A stretch of DNA of 64,000 nt from Bdellovibrionota bacterium FG-1 (GCA_051382295.1 JBBCAW010000022.1:11120-75119), one strand, 5' to 3'. Counted from the first letter of the stretch, positions 50,040-60,344 are shown. Numbers and translations: made by a program. The notes: a model not told the origin generated them from the sequence alone.

Positions 50040-51815
50040 ATGGAAAGATTTGCGAAACTAGCTGCCCAAGCCCTCAATCAGGTTCTAGAAAACCCAATCG
50101 GCCCAGCCGACCTGGAAATGCCCCCTGACCCAAAACTGGGAGACTTTGCCTTTCCCTGCTTTAAGCTGGCTAAACTCTTTCGAAAAAGCCCCCCTCAGGT
50201 CTCCGCCCAAATCGCAGCCGAGATCCAGACCCAAGCCTCCCTACCCGCGCACCTATCGGTGGCGGCGGTTGGACCCTATGTCAATTTTACAGTCACGCCC
50301 GACCAAGTTCTCAAATCTTTGCTCAACGATCTATTGCAAGGCCCGCAACAGGGATCCTATGGCTCCTTACCCGCCAAAAGCCGCGGAACCTGGGTTTTGG
50401 AGTATAGCTCCCCTAACGTGGCTAAACCCCTCAATATTTACCATCTACGGCCGACGGCCCTCGGAGCCGCGCTTGATCGAATTGGCCGATTTCGTGGCTA
50501 CCACGTGGTCTCAATCAATCACCTGGGTGATTGGGGCAAACAATACGGCATGCTCACCGTAGCCTTCCGACTTTTTGGCAAAACGCTCAAAGACGAGCTC
50601 GGAATGATGGAACTGGTCGATCTCTACGTCAAAATCAACCAGGCCGCTGAAAAAGACCCCTCCATTGAAGAAGAAGCCCGCAACGCTTTTCTGAAGCTCG
50701 AACAGGGAGACCCTGCAGTCACCGCGCTTTGGCAAAAATGCGTGGATATCTCCATCCTCGAATTTAATCGAATCTATGCGCGCTTGGGTGTGAACTTTGA
50801 TCACATCTGGGGCGAAAGCTTTTATAAAACCCAGCTTCAACCTTTGCTCAGCGACCTCAAAACCCGCGGTCTACTCATTGAAAGCGAAGGTGCCCAGGTC
50901 GTCCCTGTCACGGATGAAAGTGGCAAGGAACTTCCGCCCTGCATTCTGCAAAAAAGCGATGGCGCTACGATTTACGCCACGCGGGATGTGGCGGCCGCTA
51001 TTTATCGGTTTCAGCAATTCAACTTTGACCGGATGACCTACATTGTGGGTGGCGAGCAAAAGCTCCATTTCCAGCAAGTTTTTTCAGTCCTGCGGCAAAT
51101 GGGCCAAGAATGGGTCTCCCGCTGCGAACACGTCCCGACCGGCCTCTATCGCTTCAAAGACGCAAAAATGTCGACTCGAAAAGGCAATTTTGTAACGCTC
51201 GAAGAAGTTCTGGAACTCGCCAAACAACGAGTCGCGCAACTCATTCAGGAAAGAGCACAAGGCAACGACGCCGCCGCATCTCACGCCGCTCAGGCTCATG
51301 CCACCGCCGCACAGTCCGCAACAGATATCACCGAAGCGGTTGCGATCGGTGCCGTCGTATTTCACGACCTTTCGACCGATCCCGCCCGGGATGTGGAATT
51401 CGACGTCGAACGCGTGGTGGACTTCGAAGGCGAGACCGGCCCCTACCTCCAATATGCCCATACCCGTTGCCTCAGCATTTTGCGCAAGGCGCGTGAAACG
51501 GGGGTTTTTCCGACAACCTTGTTTTCAGAGCGGGCGGTTGAGCGCCTGCAAAAGCCTGAAGAAATCGCGCTCGTGAAAATCCTAGGACAATTCCCCCTTC
51601 ATTTAGAACGATCCCTCACGCTCGCCAAGGCCAGCCAGCTCGCGCACTACCTGATCGATGTCACCAAAGCCTTTGGCGCGTTTTATCGCGAATGCCATGT
51701 CCTCGGCGAAGAACTCGAACTCACGCAAGCCCGGCTCATGCTGGTCGAAGCCACGCGACGGATTTTGGCGCAAGGGCTGACGTTGATGCTGATTCCATTG
51801 CCGGAGCGCATGTAG
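50040..51815 (+). CDS. argS: Arginyl-tRNA synthetase
   Basis: EYSSPNVAKP, NHLGDWG, KSDG..YATRD, KMSTRKG, GPYLQYAHTR, PERM; HIGH motif reads NIYH. Confidence 0.96.
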   Translation: MERFAKLAAQALNQVLENPIGPADLEMPPDPKLGDFAFPCFKLAKLFRKSPPQVSAQIAAEIQTQASLPAHLSVAAVGPYVNFTVTPDQVLKSLLNDLLQGPQQGSYGSLPAKSRGTWVLEYSSPNVAKPLNIYHLRPTALGAALDRIGRFRGYHVVSINHLGDWGKQYGMLTVAFRLFGKTLKDELGMMELVDLYVKINQAAEKDPSIEEEARNAFLKLEQGDPAVTALWQKCVDISILEFNRIYARLGVNFDHIWGESFYKTQLQPLLSDLKTRGLLIESEGAQVVPVTDESGKELPPCILQKSDGATIYATRDVAAAIYRFQQFNFDRMTYIVGGEQKLHFQQVFSVLRQMGQEWVSRCEHVPTGLYRFKDAKMSTRKGNFVTLEEVLELAKQRVAQLIQERAQGNDAAASHAAQAHATAAQSATDITEAVAIGAVVFHDLSTDPARDVEFDVERVVDFEGETGPYLQYAHTRCLSILRKARETGVFPTTLFSERAVERLQKPEEIALVKILGQFPLHLERSLTLAKASQLAHYLIDVTKAFGAFYRECHVLGEELELTQARLMLVEATRRILAQGLTLMLIPLPERM

Positions 51816-51819
51816 GGGC

Positions 51820-51919
51820 GAAATTTTCGGTAAGGGGCTCGGGGTCGTCCTTCCTTGGACTCCGCGCGAAAACGCGCTTCCTGCGCGCGCGGATCCCCTC
51901 ACCCTTACCGAAAAATTTC
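51820..51919 (+). repeat. Structured ~105-nt repeat, copy A
   Basis: Outer stem GAAATTTTCGGTAAGGG / CCCTTACCGAAAAATTTC enclosing two hairpins with TCCT loops. Confidence 0.8.
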
Positions 51920-52065
51920 TAACGTGGGAACCGAGGGGCCGGGGGAGGACCGCCTCCGCCCGCAAGTCCGCCCTGGCCATAAAAATCGCCCAAAGCGGCC
52001 CGCCCCTTTAAATCGAAGGCGACGCACTATTGCCGCAAGGGCTCCTTCGCCGTAGGCGTCTACAG

Positions 52066-52164
52066 GGAATTCTCGGGGAGGGTGAGGGAATCTGCGCGCG
52101 CATGGATGCGCGCTTGCGCAGAGGTCAGGAAGACCGGCTCCCGACACCCCTCACCGAGAATTCC
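52066..52164 (-). repeat. Structured repeat, copy B (inverted)
   Basis: Reverse complement aligns with copy A; outer stem GGAATTCTCGG / CCGAGAATTCC. Confidence 0.75.
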
Positions 52165-52169
52165 TGACC

Positions 52170-54134
52170 TCACTCATACCTCAGCGCATCAATAGGATGC
52201 AGCGCCGAAGCTTTTTTCGCGGGATAACTCCCGAACACCACGCCAATCGTAGCCGAAAACCCAAAGGCCATCAGAACGGTCCAAGGCGAAACCGATGCCG
52301 GCCAACCTGCAAAAATCGTCAACAGCACGGTAATCAGCCAACCTAAAAATATTCCACAAACGCCGCCCACGGCGCTGACAACGACGGATTCCATCAAAAA
52401 CTGAGAGAGGATATCCCAACGTCGTGCGCCCACGGCTTTTCGAAGACCAATTTCACGAGTCCGCTCAGTGACCGAAACGAGCATGATGTTCATGATGCCG
52501 ATTCCGCCCACCAAAAGAGAAATCGCCGCGATACACGCGAGCAAAAGCGACATCGTCTTACTACTCTCGGACAGCGCAGCCTGAATGTCCGCCATATTCC
52601 GTATTTGAAAAGCGTCTTGGCGCTGCGAGACTGAAAGCTTATGCCGCGACGCCATGAGTTCCAAAATCGCCTTTTGGGCCGACTCGATATTCAGCGAACT
52701 CCCCACCTCGATGTCGATGTAATCCACATAATTTTTGCCAAACAGACGCTTCATCGCAGTATTGACCGGAATCAAAATAATATCATCCTGATCCCGAAAG
52801 CCATTAGCCCCCTTCTCAGGCAAAATCCCGATGACCTGAAAACCCACCCGATTGATCTTGATCGTCGCACCGACTGGATCCTCGGTGCCAAAGAGCTCTC
52901 GCACCACGGTCGCGCCAATCACGGCGACTCGGCTGCGCTTGAGATTCTCTTCAGGAAGAAAAAACCGACCCACCTCTGGCTCAGACGCATGCATCCGCGC
53001 ATAAGAGCCACTCGCTCCTAAAACCTGCGTGCTCCAGTTTTTATCCCGATAAGCCACTTGCCCTCGACCATTCACGTTAGACGAAACTTCGCGAATCGTC
53101 GAAATCTGATCCTTAATTGTCGCGGTGTCTTCCGCCGTCAAACGAGTGGTTGATCCCGCCTCCTGCGCGACCCCTCCCACTCGCACCGCCCCAGGACGCA
53201 ACACCAGAAGATTCGAACCCAAAGAAGCCAACTGATTTTCGATTGCGGTTTGCGCACCCTTGCCAATTGCGAGCATCGCCACCACGGCCGCGACGCCAAT
53301 TAAAATCCCCAACATCGAAAGCGCGGTGCGAACTTTATTAGCCGCCAACGTCTTAAATCCTTGCCGTAAATGCTCAAAGAACTCGGCCATCCAGCCGCCA
53401 CCGATTGCATTTACCGCTAAGAGCTGCCCTGACCCCGCATCATTTCCAGCAAAGTTCGCCATCGGAACCAACCGCTCATCCGACTGCACGACACCATCGC
53501 GCATTCGAATCCGCCGCTTGGCCTGCGCTCCGATTTCTTCTTCATGGGTCACAATCACAATGGTGATACCCTGCGAGTTCAGCGTTTTAAGAATTCCCAT
53601 GATTTCTTTTTCGCTGATCGAATCTAAATTTCCCGTCGGCTCGTCCGCCAAAATAATCTTAGGCTGGTTCACCAAAGACCGCGCGATCGCCACCCGCTGT
53701 TGTTGACCGCCCGAAAGTTCATTAGTTTTGTGAAAAAGGCGATCCCCCAGCCCTACCTTTCCCAATAAATCTTTCGCTTTATCGAGATCCGGACGTTTTT
53801 CTGAATAAAGTAGCGGTAACGCGACATTTTCGACCGCGGTCATCCGCGGCAATAAATTAAACTGCTGAAAGATAAACCCGATCTTCCCTCGCCTGAAAAT
53901 GGCCAACTCATCTTCCGTGAGTCGAGAAACCTCTTTGCCATCGATGCGATAAGAACCCGAACTCGGCACGTCCAATAAACCCAATACATGCATCAACGTG
54001 GACTTGCCAGAACCCGAGGGCCCCATGATCGCGACAAAATCCCCTTCTTCAATGGTTAAAGATACCCCTCGAAGCGCGAAGACGGTGTTTTCACCCATCT
54101 GATAAGTCTTATGAACGTCAACGAACTCCAGCAT
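52170..54134 (-). CDS. macB: MacB-type ABC transporter ATPase/permease
   Basis: GPSGSGKS, LSGGQQQR, LADEPTG, GGIGIMNIMLVSVTERTREIG, ALRYE. Confidence 0.95.
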   Translation of the reverse strand: MLEFVDVHKTYQMGENTVFALRGVSLTIEEGDFVAIMGPSGSGKSTLMHVLGLLDVPSSGSYRIDGKEVSRLTEDELAIFRRGKIGFIFQQFNLLPRMTAVENVALPLLYSEKRPDLDKAKDLLGKVGLGDRLFHKTNELSGGQQQRVAIARSLVNQPKIILADEPTGNLDSISEKEIMGILKTLNSQGITIVIVTHEEEIGAQAKRRIRMRDGVVQSDERLVPMANFAGNDAGSGQLLAVNAIGGGWMAEFFEHLRQGFKTLAANKVRTALSMLGILIGVAAVVAMLAIGKGAQTAIENQLASLGSNLLVLRPGAVRVGGVAQEAGSTTRLTAEDTATIKDQISTIREVSSNVNGRGQVAYRDKNWSTQVLGASGSYARMHASEPEVGRFFLPEENLKRSRVAVIGATVVRELFGTEDPVGATIKINRVGFQVIGILPEKGANGFRDQDDIILIPVNTAMKRLFGKNYVDYIDIEVGSSLNIESAQKAILELMASRHKLSVSQRQDAFQIRNMADIQAALSESSKTMSLLLACIAAISLLVGGIGIMNIMLVSVTERTREIGLRKAVGARRWDILSQFLMESVVVSAVGGVCGIFLGWLITVLLTIFAGWPASVSPWTVLMAFGFSATIGVVFGSYPAKKASALHPIDALRYE

Positions 54135-54141
54135 CAGTTTC

Positions 54142-55101
54142 TCAATGCCCCCTTCGCGTGCCCATCGGCGAGAAAGGCGAAGCGCCTCCTGTCTTGCTTC
54201 CTCCCGGCTTAAACTGCGCGGCTAAAACTATTTCGCCCTCCGAAAGGCCGGAAAGAATTTCAACCTGGCGACCATCACTCAAGCCCAGTTGAATTTCCCT
54301 TTTTTCCGGCTCCTTTTTCCCTTTGCCCGGCGCCATCAAAACATAGGGGCGACTATCCTGAGTGCGAATCGCATCCGCAGGCACAACTAAGACTCCCGTC
54401 TTAGCGGCCAATTGAAAGGTCACATTCGCCGTCATCCCACTCCTCATGAATTTTGGAACCGAACCCGGAATCACCGTCACGATATAGGTTGTGACATTGT
54501 TGACAGTCTTAGCGTCATAGGCGATTTTTTCAACCACCGCGTGTGTCGATACATTAGGATAGGCGTCCAAGACAATCTCCGCCCCTTGTTTGAGGTGAAT
54601 CTGCGCAATATCCGTCTCATCCACTTGCGCTTGGATCGTCAACCGATCGGACATGACCAAAATAGCATCAGTCGTCGCGAAGGTTTGCCCATGCTCAATG
54701 TTGCGTGAAATAATCGTTCCGGTAATAGGAGCCAAAATGGGAGTCGGCTTATACAAATCCTCCCACCGAGCCACCTCCGAAGGACCCCGCGCCCGTGCGG
54801 CGTCCAAAAGCGCCGCCCGCTCGGTTGAACTCATCCAAACCAAAATCTGCCCCCTCTTGATCGAATAACCTTCGTCGACCAATACCTGTTCGGCCCGACC
54901 CGGAATAGGCGGTTTGATTTCGACCCGATTTTCAGGCTGCACCACTCCCGTACTGATGATATTCATCGAAATATTGCCAAGCACAGCCTTGACCGGCGTA
55001 TAGCTCACGCTCGAAGCTGATTTTTTCTTGAAGAAAAACGCCGCCCCGATTGCTACCGCCAAAATCACCCCAATCACAATCCATTTCCATTTCCATTTCA
55101 T
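54142..55101 (-). CDS. macA: MacA-type periplasmic adaptor subunit
   Basis: TM, lipoyl-like APITGTI, VDETDI, RSGMTANV, GLSEGE; lacks a long helical hairpin. Confidence 0.85.
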   Translation of the reverse strand: MKWKWKWIVIGVILAVAIGAAFFFKKKSASSVSYTPVKAVLGNISMNIISTGVVQPENRVEIKPPIPGRAEQVLVDEGYSIKRGQILVWMSSTERAALLDAARARGPSEVARWEDLYKPTPILAPITGTIISRNIEHGQTFATTDAILVMSDRLTIQAQVDETDIAQIHLKQGAEIVLDAYPNVSTHAVVEKIAYDAKTVNNVTTYIVTVIPGSVPKFMRSGMTANVTFQLAAKTGVLVVPADAIRTQDSRPYVLMAPGKGKKEPEKREIQLGLSDGRQVEILSGLSEGEIVLAAQFKPGGSKTGGASPFSPMGTRRGH

Positions 55102-56384
55102 CGAATCACTCCTTTTCCGAGCGCCTGCTCCCAGCCTGCCTCAGCAATCACGCGATCACGCTCGCTCTGAAGAGCGGTCTTTTCTCGACTAATCAGATCC
55201 GTTTCGATCAAATCCCATTCTTCAAAAGAAAGGAGTCCATTATTGTACTTACCCCGACCAATATCCGCCCGAGTCTTTGCCGCTTCCAGAAAACTGACGT
55301 CGACCTTCAGCTTTTCGACCGCTTCCACATAAGAGGACCAGGCCTGTTTCAGTTTCGTCAGAACCACACGATCGGTATTGGCCAAGGTTTGACTGGCGGC
55401 CTGATGTGCCGCAATGGCACTTCGGGTGGAGTAAAAATCTTTTCCTCCCGAAAAAAAAGAATAAGAAAGCCCAACCCCCATCGACCAGCGGTTGTTTTGA
55501 GGAAACCATTCCGCGCCCTGTTTACCGACTGAACCCGTCAAACTCAGGCTCGGAAAGAGGGTGCCTTGCGCCAAAGTCACGGAGGCGAGTGCTCCCTGTT
55601 CTTGCGAAAACGCCTGTAAATGATCGGGAGTGCTCAGGGCTAAAATTTTCAAATCCAGTTTGCTTGCGGGATTTTGAATTGGAACCGTCCCTTGGACATT
55701 CGGCAGGTCATCTTGTTCACTATCAAACCCCAATACCCGCGCGAGCTGAACCTGGGCGATTTCAAGCGCATGCTGCGCCTGCAAGTGATCCCAATGAGCC
55801 TGATTGAGATAGGCTTGCGACAAAAGTAAGGAACCTTTGTTCTCGCGGCCATCCTCAAATCGCAATTCCACCAGTTCCAAATTTCGATGACGGCGTTCGA
55901 TGATCGAATCCGAGAGGACGATCGATTTTTGCGCAAAAAGCACGCCTTCAAAGCCCGTTTTTAAATCGGCGCTCACCTTGGCTTTGACGCTCTCCAGACT
56001 GGCCCGGACCGTTTGTTCATTAGCTTGGTTTTGCGCAATTTTTCCTTGATCCTGAAAACCATTAAAAAGATTCTCCGAGCCCGAAAGAGAGGTTGTGTAA
56101 TTCGAACTCGTACCCATATCGACCGCTGGGTTGTTGGAAAAATTATTTCCATAACTATAGCCCAAGTTCGCTGAAAGTTGCGGAAAGAACCCACTCCACG
56201 CCGCCTTCACCTGATACCCAGATGCTTTCAAACTCGATCGCGCAGCTTCGAGTTCAGGGTTAAACCGATTGGCCCGCTCGACGGCCTCAATCCATGAAAA
56301 CGTTGAGACGGTCGCGGCAAAAGCGGCCTCGCCTGGCATAACCAAGAACAACACGCCGGCCACGAGATGAAAATATTTAGACAC
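55098..56384 (-). CDS. tolC: TolC family outer-membrane channel
   Basis: Signal peptide (probable GTG 56384); two OEP repeats (FFPQLS, LFPSLS). Confidence 0.88.
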   Translation of the reverse strand: MSKYFHLVAGVLFLVMPGEAAFAATVSTFSWIEAVERANRFNPELEAARSSLKASGYQVKAAWSGFFPQLSANLGYSYGNNFSNNPAVDMGTSSNYTTSLSGSENLFNGFQDQGKIAQNQANEQTVRASLESVKAKVSADLKTGFEGVLFAQKSIVLSDSIIERRHRNLELVELRFEDGRENKGSLLLSQAYLNQAHWDHLQAQHALEIAQVQLARVLGFDSEQDDLPNVQGTVPIQNPASKLDLKILALSTPDHLQAFSQEQGALASVTLAQGTLFPSLSLTGSVGKQGAEWFPQNNRWSMGVGLSYSFFSGGKDFYSTRSAIAAHQAASQTLANTDRVVLTKLKQAWSSYVEAVEKLKVDVSFLEAAKTRADIGRGKYNNGLLSFEEWDLIETDLISREKTALQSERDRVIAEAGWEQALGKGVIR

Positions 56385-56976
56385 CTTTAACCCAGTCAAA
56401 AATAAAATACCCCCCCACCAGCGCAAACGCCGCGGCGGAAATCCGGCTCATGAGAACGGGATGAATGAATTTTCTTGCATGATGTCCCACTCCGATTGCA
56501 ATCGCCGTAACCGTCCATAATGCGAGCGTGGCCGCCACAAAAATAGTACCGACCTCCTGAAAGCGAGCCACCAACCCGACCGTCGCCAACTGCGTCAGGT
56601 CCCCCCATTCGGCCACAAAGATTACTAAAAAAGAGGACCAAACCACCGACCACCGACTGGTGCGATCTGAAATTTGATGCAAGGCATTTTCGGCGGCGAC
56701 ATCCTCAGCCGCTGAGCGCCACGCCAAAACCGCAAATACCAGAAACAGAATCCCCGCAGCCAGATGCACCCAATGTTGCGGCAAGAATACAAAAACTCGG
56801 CCCAGGATAACGGCCACTCCCGTCTGAATTAAAAAGGCCAAAGCCGAACCCGCGAAAACCATCCAAGGATTCCGACGAGTGGCCATCAGCAAGGCGGCAA
56901 AAGCAGTCTTGTCGGGAAGCTCCGCAAAAAAAACCAAGGAATAGGTTGTCAAAAACAGCTTCCAGTTCATTCTCAT
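56377..56976 (-). CDS. TMEM165/GDT1 (UPF0016) Mn/Ca transporter
   Basis: Two signature motifs AELPDKT and AEWGDLTQ. Confidence 0.92.
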   Translation of the reverse strand: MRMNWKLFLTTYSLVFFAELPDKTAFAALLMATRRNPWMVFAGSALAFLIQTGVAVILGRVFVFLPQHWVHLAAGILFLVFAVLAWRSAAEDVAAENALHQISDRTSRWSVVWSSFLVIFVAEWGDLTQLATVGLVARFQEVGTIFVAATLALWTVTAIAIGVGHHARKFIHPVLMSRISAAAFALVGGYFIFDWVKGV

Positions 56977-57031
56977 GACCCCTTTTGAATGAGGATGAGA
57001 CTAAGCCGCCAGCCTTAGAAACACAATAGAT

Positions 57032-57134
57032 TAGGGGCTCCCGGTAAAAGCTGTCGGGGTCGTCCATCCTTGGACTCCGTGCAAAAAGCGCCTCCTGCGC
57101 GCGCGGATCCCCTCACTTTTACCGAGAGCCCCTA
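57032..57134 (+). repeat. Structured repeat, copy C
   Basis: Core nearly identical to copy A; different but paired outer stem TAGGGGCTCCCGGTAAAAG / CTTTTACCGAGAGCCCCTA. Confidence 0.8.
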
Positions 57135-57429
57135 CGTGGGTGCGGGATCATGGAGCCTCAAAGTTGGAAAACGATATTCCTCAAACATCTGGTTCATTCG
57201 ATTCTGAAGTAAACCCAAATCGTATCTCATAGGGTCCAATCCCCTTTTCTTTACATTTCAAATTTAAAGTAATCTTCAAGCGGCAATATCTAAGCCACAG
57301 ACCAAGCACTTGAATTCACGACATAATCATGAACCAGCCTGTGCCTTTTGAAATGAATGAGGCCATTCACCCCAGCGGACGCTCAGTAACCCCTCAACTC
57401 ATCCACGAAATTTGACGATACATTTCCAT

Positions 57430-59088
57430 ATGGGCCACCTGATCGTCTTGATTGACGACTCCACAACCGCGACTAAACGTACCGCTTTGATGGTCCGAGG
57501 CATTTTAACCAATCAAGATATTCAGATTCAATCCTTCCAAGGGGTAGAAGAATTTCAGGCCTACTTTGAAAAAAATCCGATGCCCCCGTGGATCATCTTT
57601 ACTGATTACGTCATGCCTGGCCAAACCGGACTGGACCTGATCGACTGGCTCAAGCGACACCCCATTCTTCACTGGACCCCCGTGTGCATGATGACCGGTG
57701 AAATCGGTCCAGAAACGCGAGTCCAAGCCACCAAAGCTGGCGCTTGGGAATTTCTTGAAAAACCCATAGAACCGGAATCTCTCGAAAAAGTCTTTGCCAA
57801 ACGAAAAAATACCGAGATCGATTACGAAGAGTTAAAAAGCCTGGATCATGGTTTTTCAGAGGAAACCATGGATCTAGTGGGCAACCAGGATCAGCTCCTT
57901 TCGGACTTTGGGGAACCGAAGATACGCGAACTTTACCGGATTTTCCATACGATCAAGGGGACAGCCCGAAGTCTGCAACTCCCGGCGATCTCCAATCTCG
58001 CCCACGAGGCTGAATCCTTTTTGACCGCGGTCACCCATGGAAACATGTATAGTTTTCCCCAAACTCTTGAGATTCTTAAAAAAGTTCTCGGTTTTTTTGA
58101 AGACCAATGTGACTCCCTCAAATCCAACCGCCTCCTACTCAATGCCCCCAAAGAACTTTTGGATGAAATCCACCTCTTCAAGGCCAACGTAGCGGCAGGC
58201 TGGAAGATGGGGGGCGCTCCCGCAGGCTCCCCCGACACGACCTCACCCCAAAATAGCCCAGCTCAAACGGCTGCCAACCAAGGCGGGGTCGTTGGCCGGA
58301 CGGCCACGAGCGTCCGAATCAACAACGACCGTTTGGATATGTTGCAGGTTCGGCTCAAAAAGATTTTAGGAATCAAGTTCAGGTTGAGCCAATTTACGAA
58401 CCAACTTCAGCAAGAGTTTTTCGATGAGCCCTTCCCCAAAGAACTCCTTAAGATGGTGGGCGAACTCAATGACGAAGCCATGGCGATTTTTGAGTTTTTC
58501 ATTTCACTGCGGGTCATCCCCGCCACCCGCCTTAAAATATTTTGTGAACGCGTCCTCAATGAAGTAGTCGAACAGCTCGGCAAACCCGCAAAAATCGAGT
58601 TTACGATTGAACCAGGCGTCGAAGTGGATATGGCGGTGATCGAGTGCCTGGAAGGATCATTTGTGCACCTCATCCGTAATTCGATCGATCATGGCACCGA
58701 AGACATCGAGGCGCGCAGAAAAGCGGGTAAAAAAGAAGAAGCACTCCTCAAAATTGCAGTGACCCGCGATGGTACGGAAAAACTTTCCTGTATTCTCGTG
58801 GATGACGGCAAAGGAATTGACCGTAACGCCCTCAAAAATGCGGTTGCTAAAAAACAGCTTTTATCTCAGGACGCCCTCGACAAGCTCACCGATCAATCGA
58901 TCGACGAGCTGATTTTTATCGAAGGGCTTTCGACCCGCGCTGAAGTCACCGAAACTTCGGGAAGAGGCGTGGGAATGGACGCGGTCAAGAAACGGATCGA
59001 AGAAATGGGTGGATCGATTCAAGTCAAATCAACGCCTGGCAAAGGCGTCGGTTTTAAAATTTCACTACCGAGGATATTTAAATTATGA
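57430..59088 (+). CDS. CheA-like kinase: REC-Hpt-dimerisation-HATPase, no CheW (P5) domain
   Basis: Receiver (TDYVMPG), FHTIKG, HLIRNSIDHG, DDGKG, SGRGVGMD; ends at KISLPRIFKL. Confidence 0.88.
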   Translation: MGHLIVLIDDSTTATKRTALMVRGILTNQDIQIQSFQGVEEFQAYFEKNPMPPWIIFTDYVMPGQTGLDLIDWLKRHPILHWTPVCMMTGEIGPETRVQATKAGAWEFLEKPIEPESLEKVFAKRKNTEIDYEELKSLDHGFSEETMDLVGNQDQLLSDFGEPKIRELYRIFHTIKGTARSLQLPAISNLAHEAESFLTAVTHGNMYSFPQTLEILKKVLGFFEDQCDSLKSNRLLLNAPKELLDEIHLFKANVAAGWKMGGAPAGSPDTTSPQNSPAQTAANQGGVVGRTATSVRINNDRLDMLQVRLKKILGIKFRLSQFTNQLQQEFFDEPFPKELLKMVGELNDEAMAIFEFFISLRVIPATRLKIFCERVLNEVVEQLGKPAKIEFTIEPGVEVDMAVIECLEGSFVHLIRNSIDHGTEDIEARRKAGKKEEALLKIAVTRDGTEKLSCILVDDGKGIDRNALKNAVAKKQLLSQDALDKLTDQSIDELIFIEGLSTRAEVTETSGRGVGMDAVKKRIEEMGGSIQVKSTPGKGVGFKISLPRIFKL

Positions 59089-59495
59089 AAACGAACGTAT
59101 TGATTGTCGACGATTCGGCCAGTATCAGAGAGATTATCAAACACTACCTTCAAGAAATCCCCAACTTGAACTTCATGATGGCAGGCGATGGTCTGGAAGC
59201 TGAGAAAATCCTTCAGGAATCGCTCCTGGTCGAAAACCTCGTCGATATTATGTTTCTGGACTGGATGATGCCCAATCAAACGGGATTCGATCTGTTGCGC
59301 CGAATGCGCGAAACCGAAGGGTTTGCTCATCGCCCCAAAGTGATCATGCTCACGGCGGAAACCTATCCAGCTCAAATCGAAGCCTGCATTAAATTTAAGG
59401 TGAGCGCGTACGTGACCAAACCCTTTACCCAGGATGATCTGATTCAGGCTTTCCACAAAGCGATCGGAGATCGGAGCGAACATGACGCAGCTTGA
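59085..59495 (+). CDS. CheY-like single-domain response regulator
   Basis: VLIVDDS, LDWMMP, MLTAE, KPFT. Confidence 0.9.
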   Translation: MKTNVLIVDDSASIREIIKHYLQEIPNLNFMMAGDGLEAEKILQESLLVENLVDIMFLDWMMPNQTGFDLLRRMRETEGFAHRPKVIMLTAETYPAQIEACIKFKVSAYVTKPFTQDDLIQAFHKAIGDRSEHDAA

Positions 59496-60342
59496 ATTTC
59501 ACCCTCAGACCGACTATTTGATTGTGACGATCCGCGGGCCCGCGCTTGAACCTCCGCGTCCATCCCTTGCCGACCAGATTGGTGAAAAGCTCACCAACAT
59601 GGCCAAGAAGTTCGTGATCTTTCAATGCGCGGAATGCAATGACATCGGCCCCGCTTTTATGCGCGAATTAGCCATGACCTATAAGCTCCTGGCCTCCATT
59701 AATGGAAAAATGGTTTTAGTCGCACCGAATAAAAAAATTCAAGAAGCGATTAAAAAACAAGCCCTCGACCGCTTGTTGGTCGCCAAACTCAGCTTGCGCG
59801 GCGCACTGGTTGAATTCGGGCTCGTGAAGGAAAAAGATTTTGACGTCAATTTTATCAATCCCTTTCTTGCGGCCACGCAACGCGTGCTTAAGGTTCAGTG
59901 TTTTCTGGACTCCAAGCCAGCCAAACCCTATCTCAAGAAGCCCACGGATCCGATGTTGATCGGAGATCTAAGCGGGATTATCGGGATCACGTCCGAGGCC
60001 TTTTCCGGCACTTTGGCGATCAGTTTTAAAGAAGAAATCTTTTGCAAGATCGCCTCGAGCATTCTAGGCACCCCGTACCCGAATATTATTCCGGAAATTG
60101 TCGATCTTGCCGGCGAGCTTTCAAACATGATTCTTGGACAGGCCAAAATCGAACTCAATACTCTTGGCTACCAAATTCAGCAGGCGCTGCCTTCTTGCGT
60201 TTGGGGAAAAGACCACCAGATCAAAACCTTTGGTGGAGGCGCGTGTATTGTGTTGCCACTGGTGACAGCAATGGGAGAAATCCATGTCGAAGTGAGCACG
60301 AATCAGACATTGCTGAAATCGATACCCCCTAAAGCTGCGTAA
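59482..60342 (+). CDS. cheX: STAS-like plus CheX phosphatase fusion
   Basis: FINPFL, DLSGIIG, GELSNMILG; N-terminal STAS-like region. Confidence 0.85.
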   Translation: MTQLEFHPQTDYLIVTIRGPALEPPRPSLADQIGEKLTNMAKKFVIFQCAECNDIGPAFMRELAMTYKLLASINGKMVLVAPNKKIQEAIKKQALDRLLVAKLSLRGALVEFGLVKEKDFDVNFINPFLAATQRVLKVQCFLDSKPAKPYLKKPTDPMLIGDLSGIIGITSEAFSGTLAISFKEEIFCKIASSILGTPYPNIIPEIVDLAGELSNMILGQAKIELNTLGYQIQQALPSCVWGKDHQIKTFGGGACIVLPLVTAMGEIHVEVSTNQTLLKSIPPKAA

Positions 60343-60344
60343 AA

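Noticed and set aside
51398..51410. TTCGACGTCGAA palindrome inside argS
   Set aside because: Shares only the CGACGTCG core with the dispersed palindrome and is explained by coding (FDVE).
56977..57031. yybP-ykoY manganese riboswitch upstream of the GDT1 gene
   Set aside because: Expected from gene family context, but I could not find its conserved sequence features. Only a small CTAAG/CTTAG hairpin is present.
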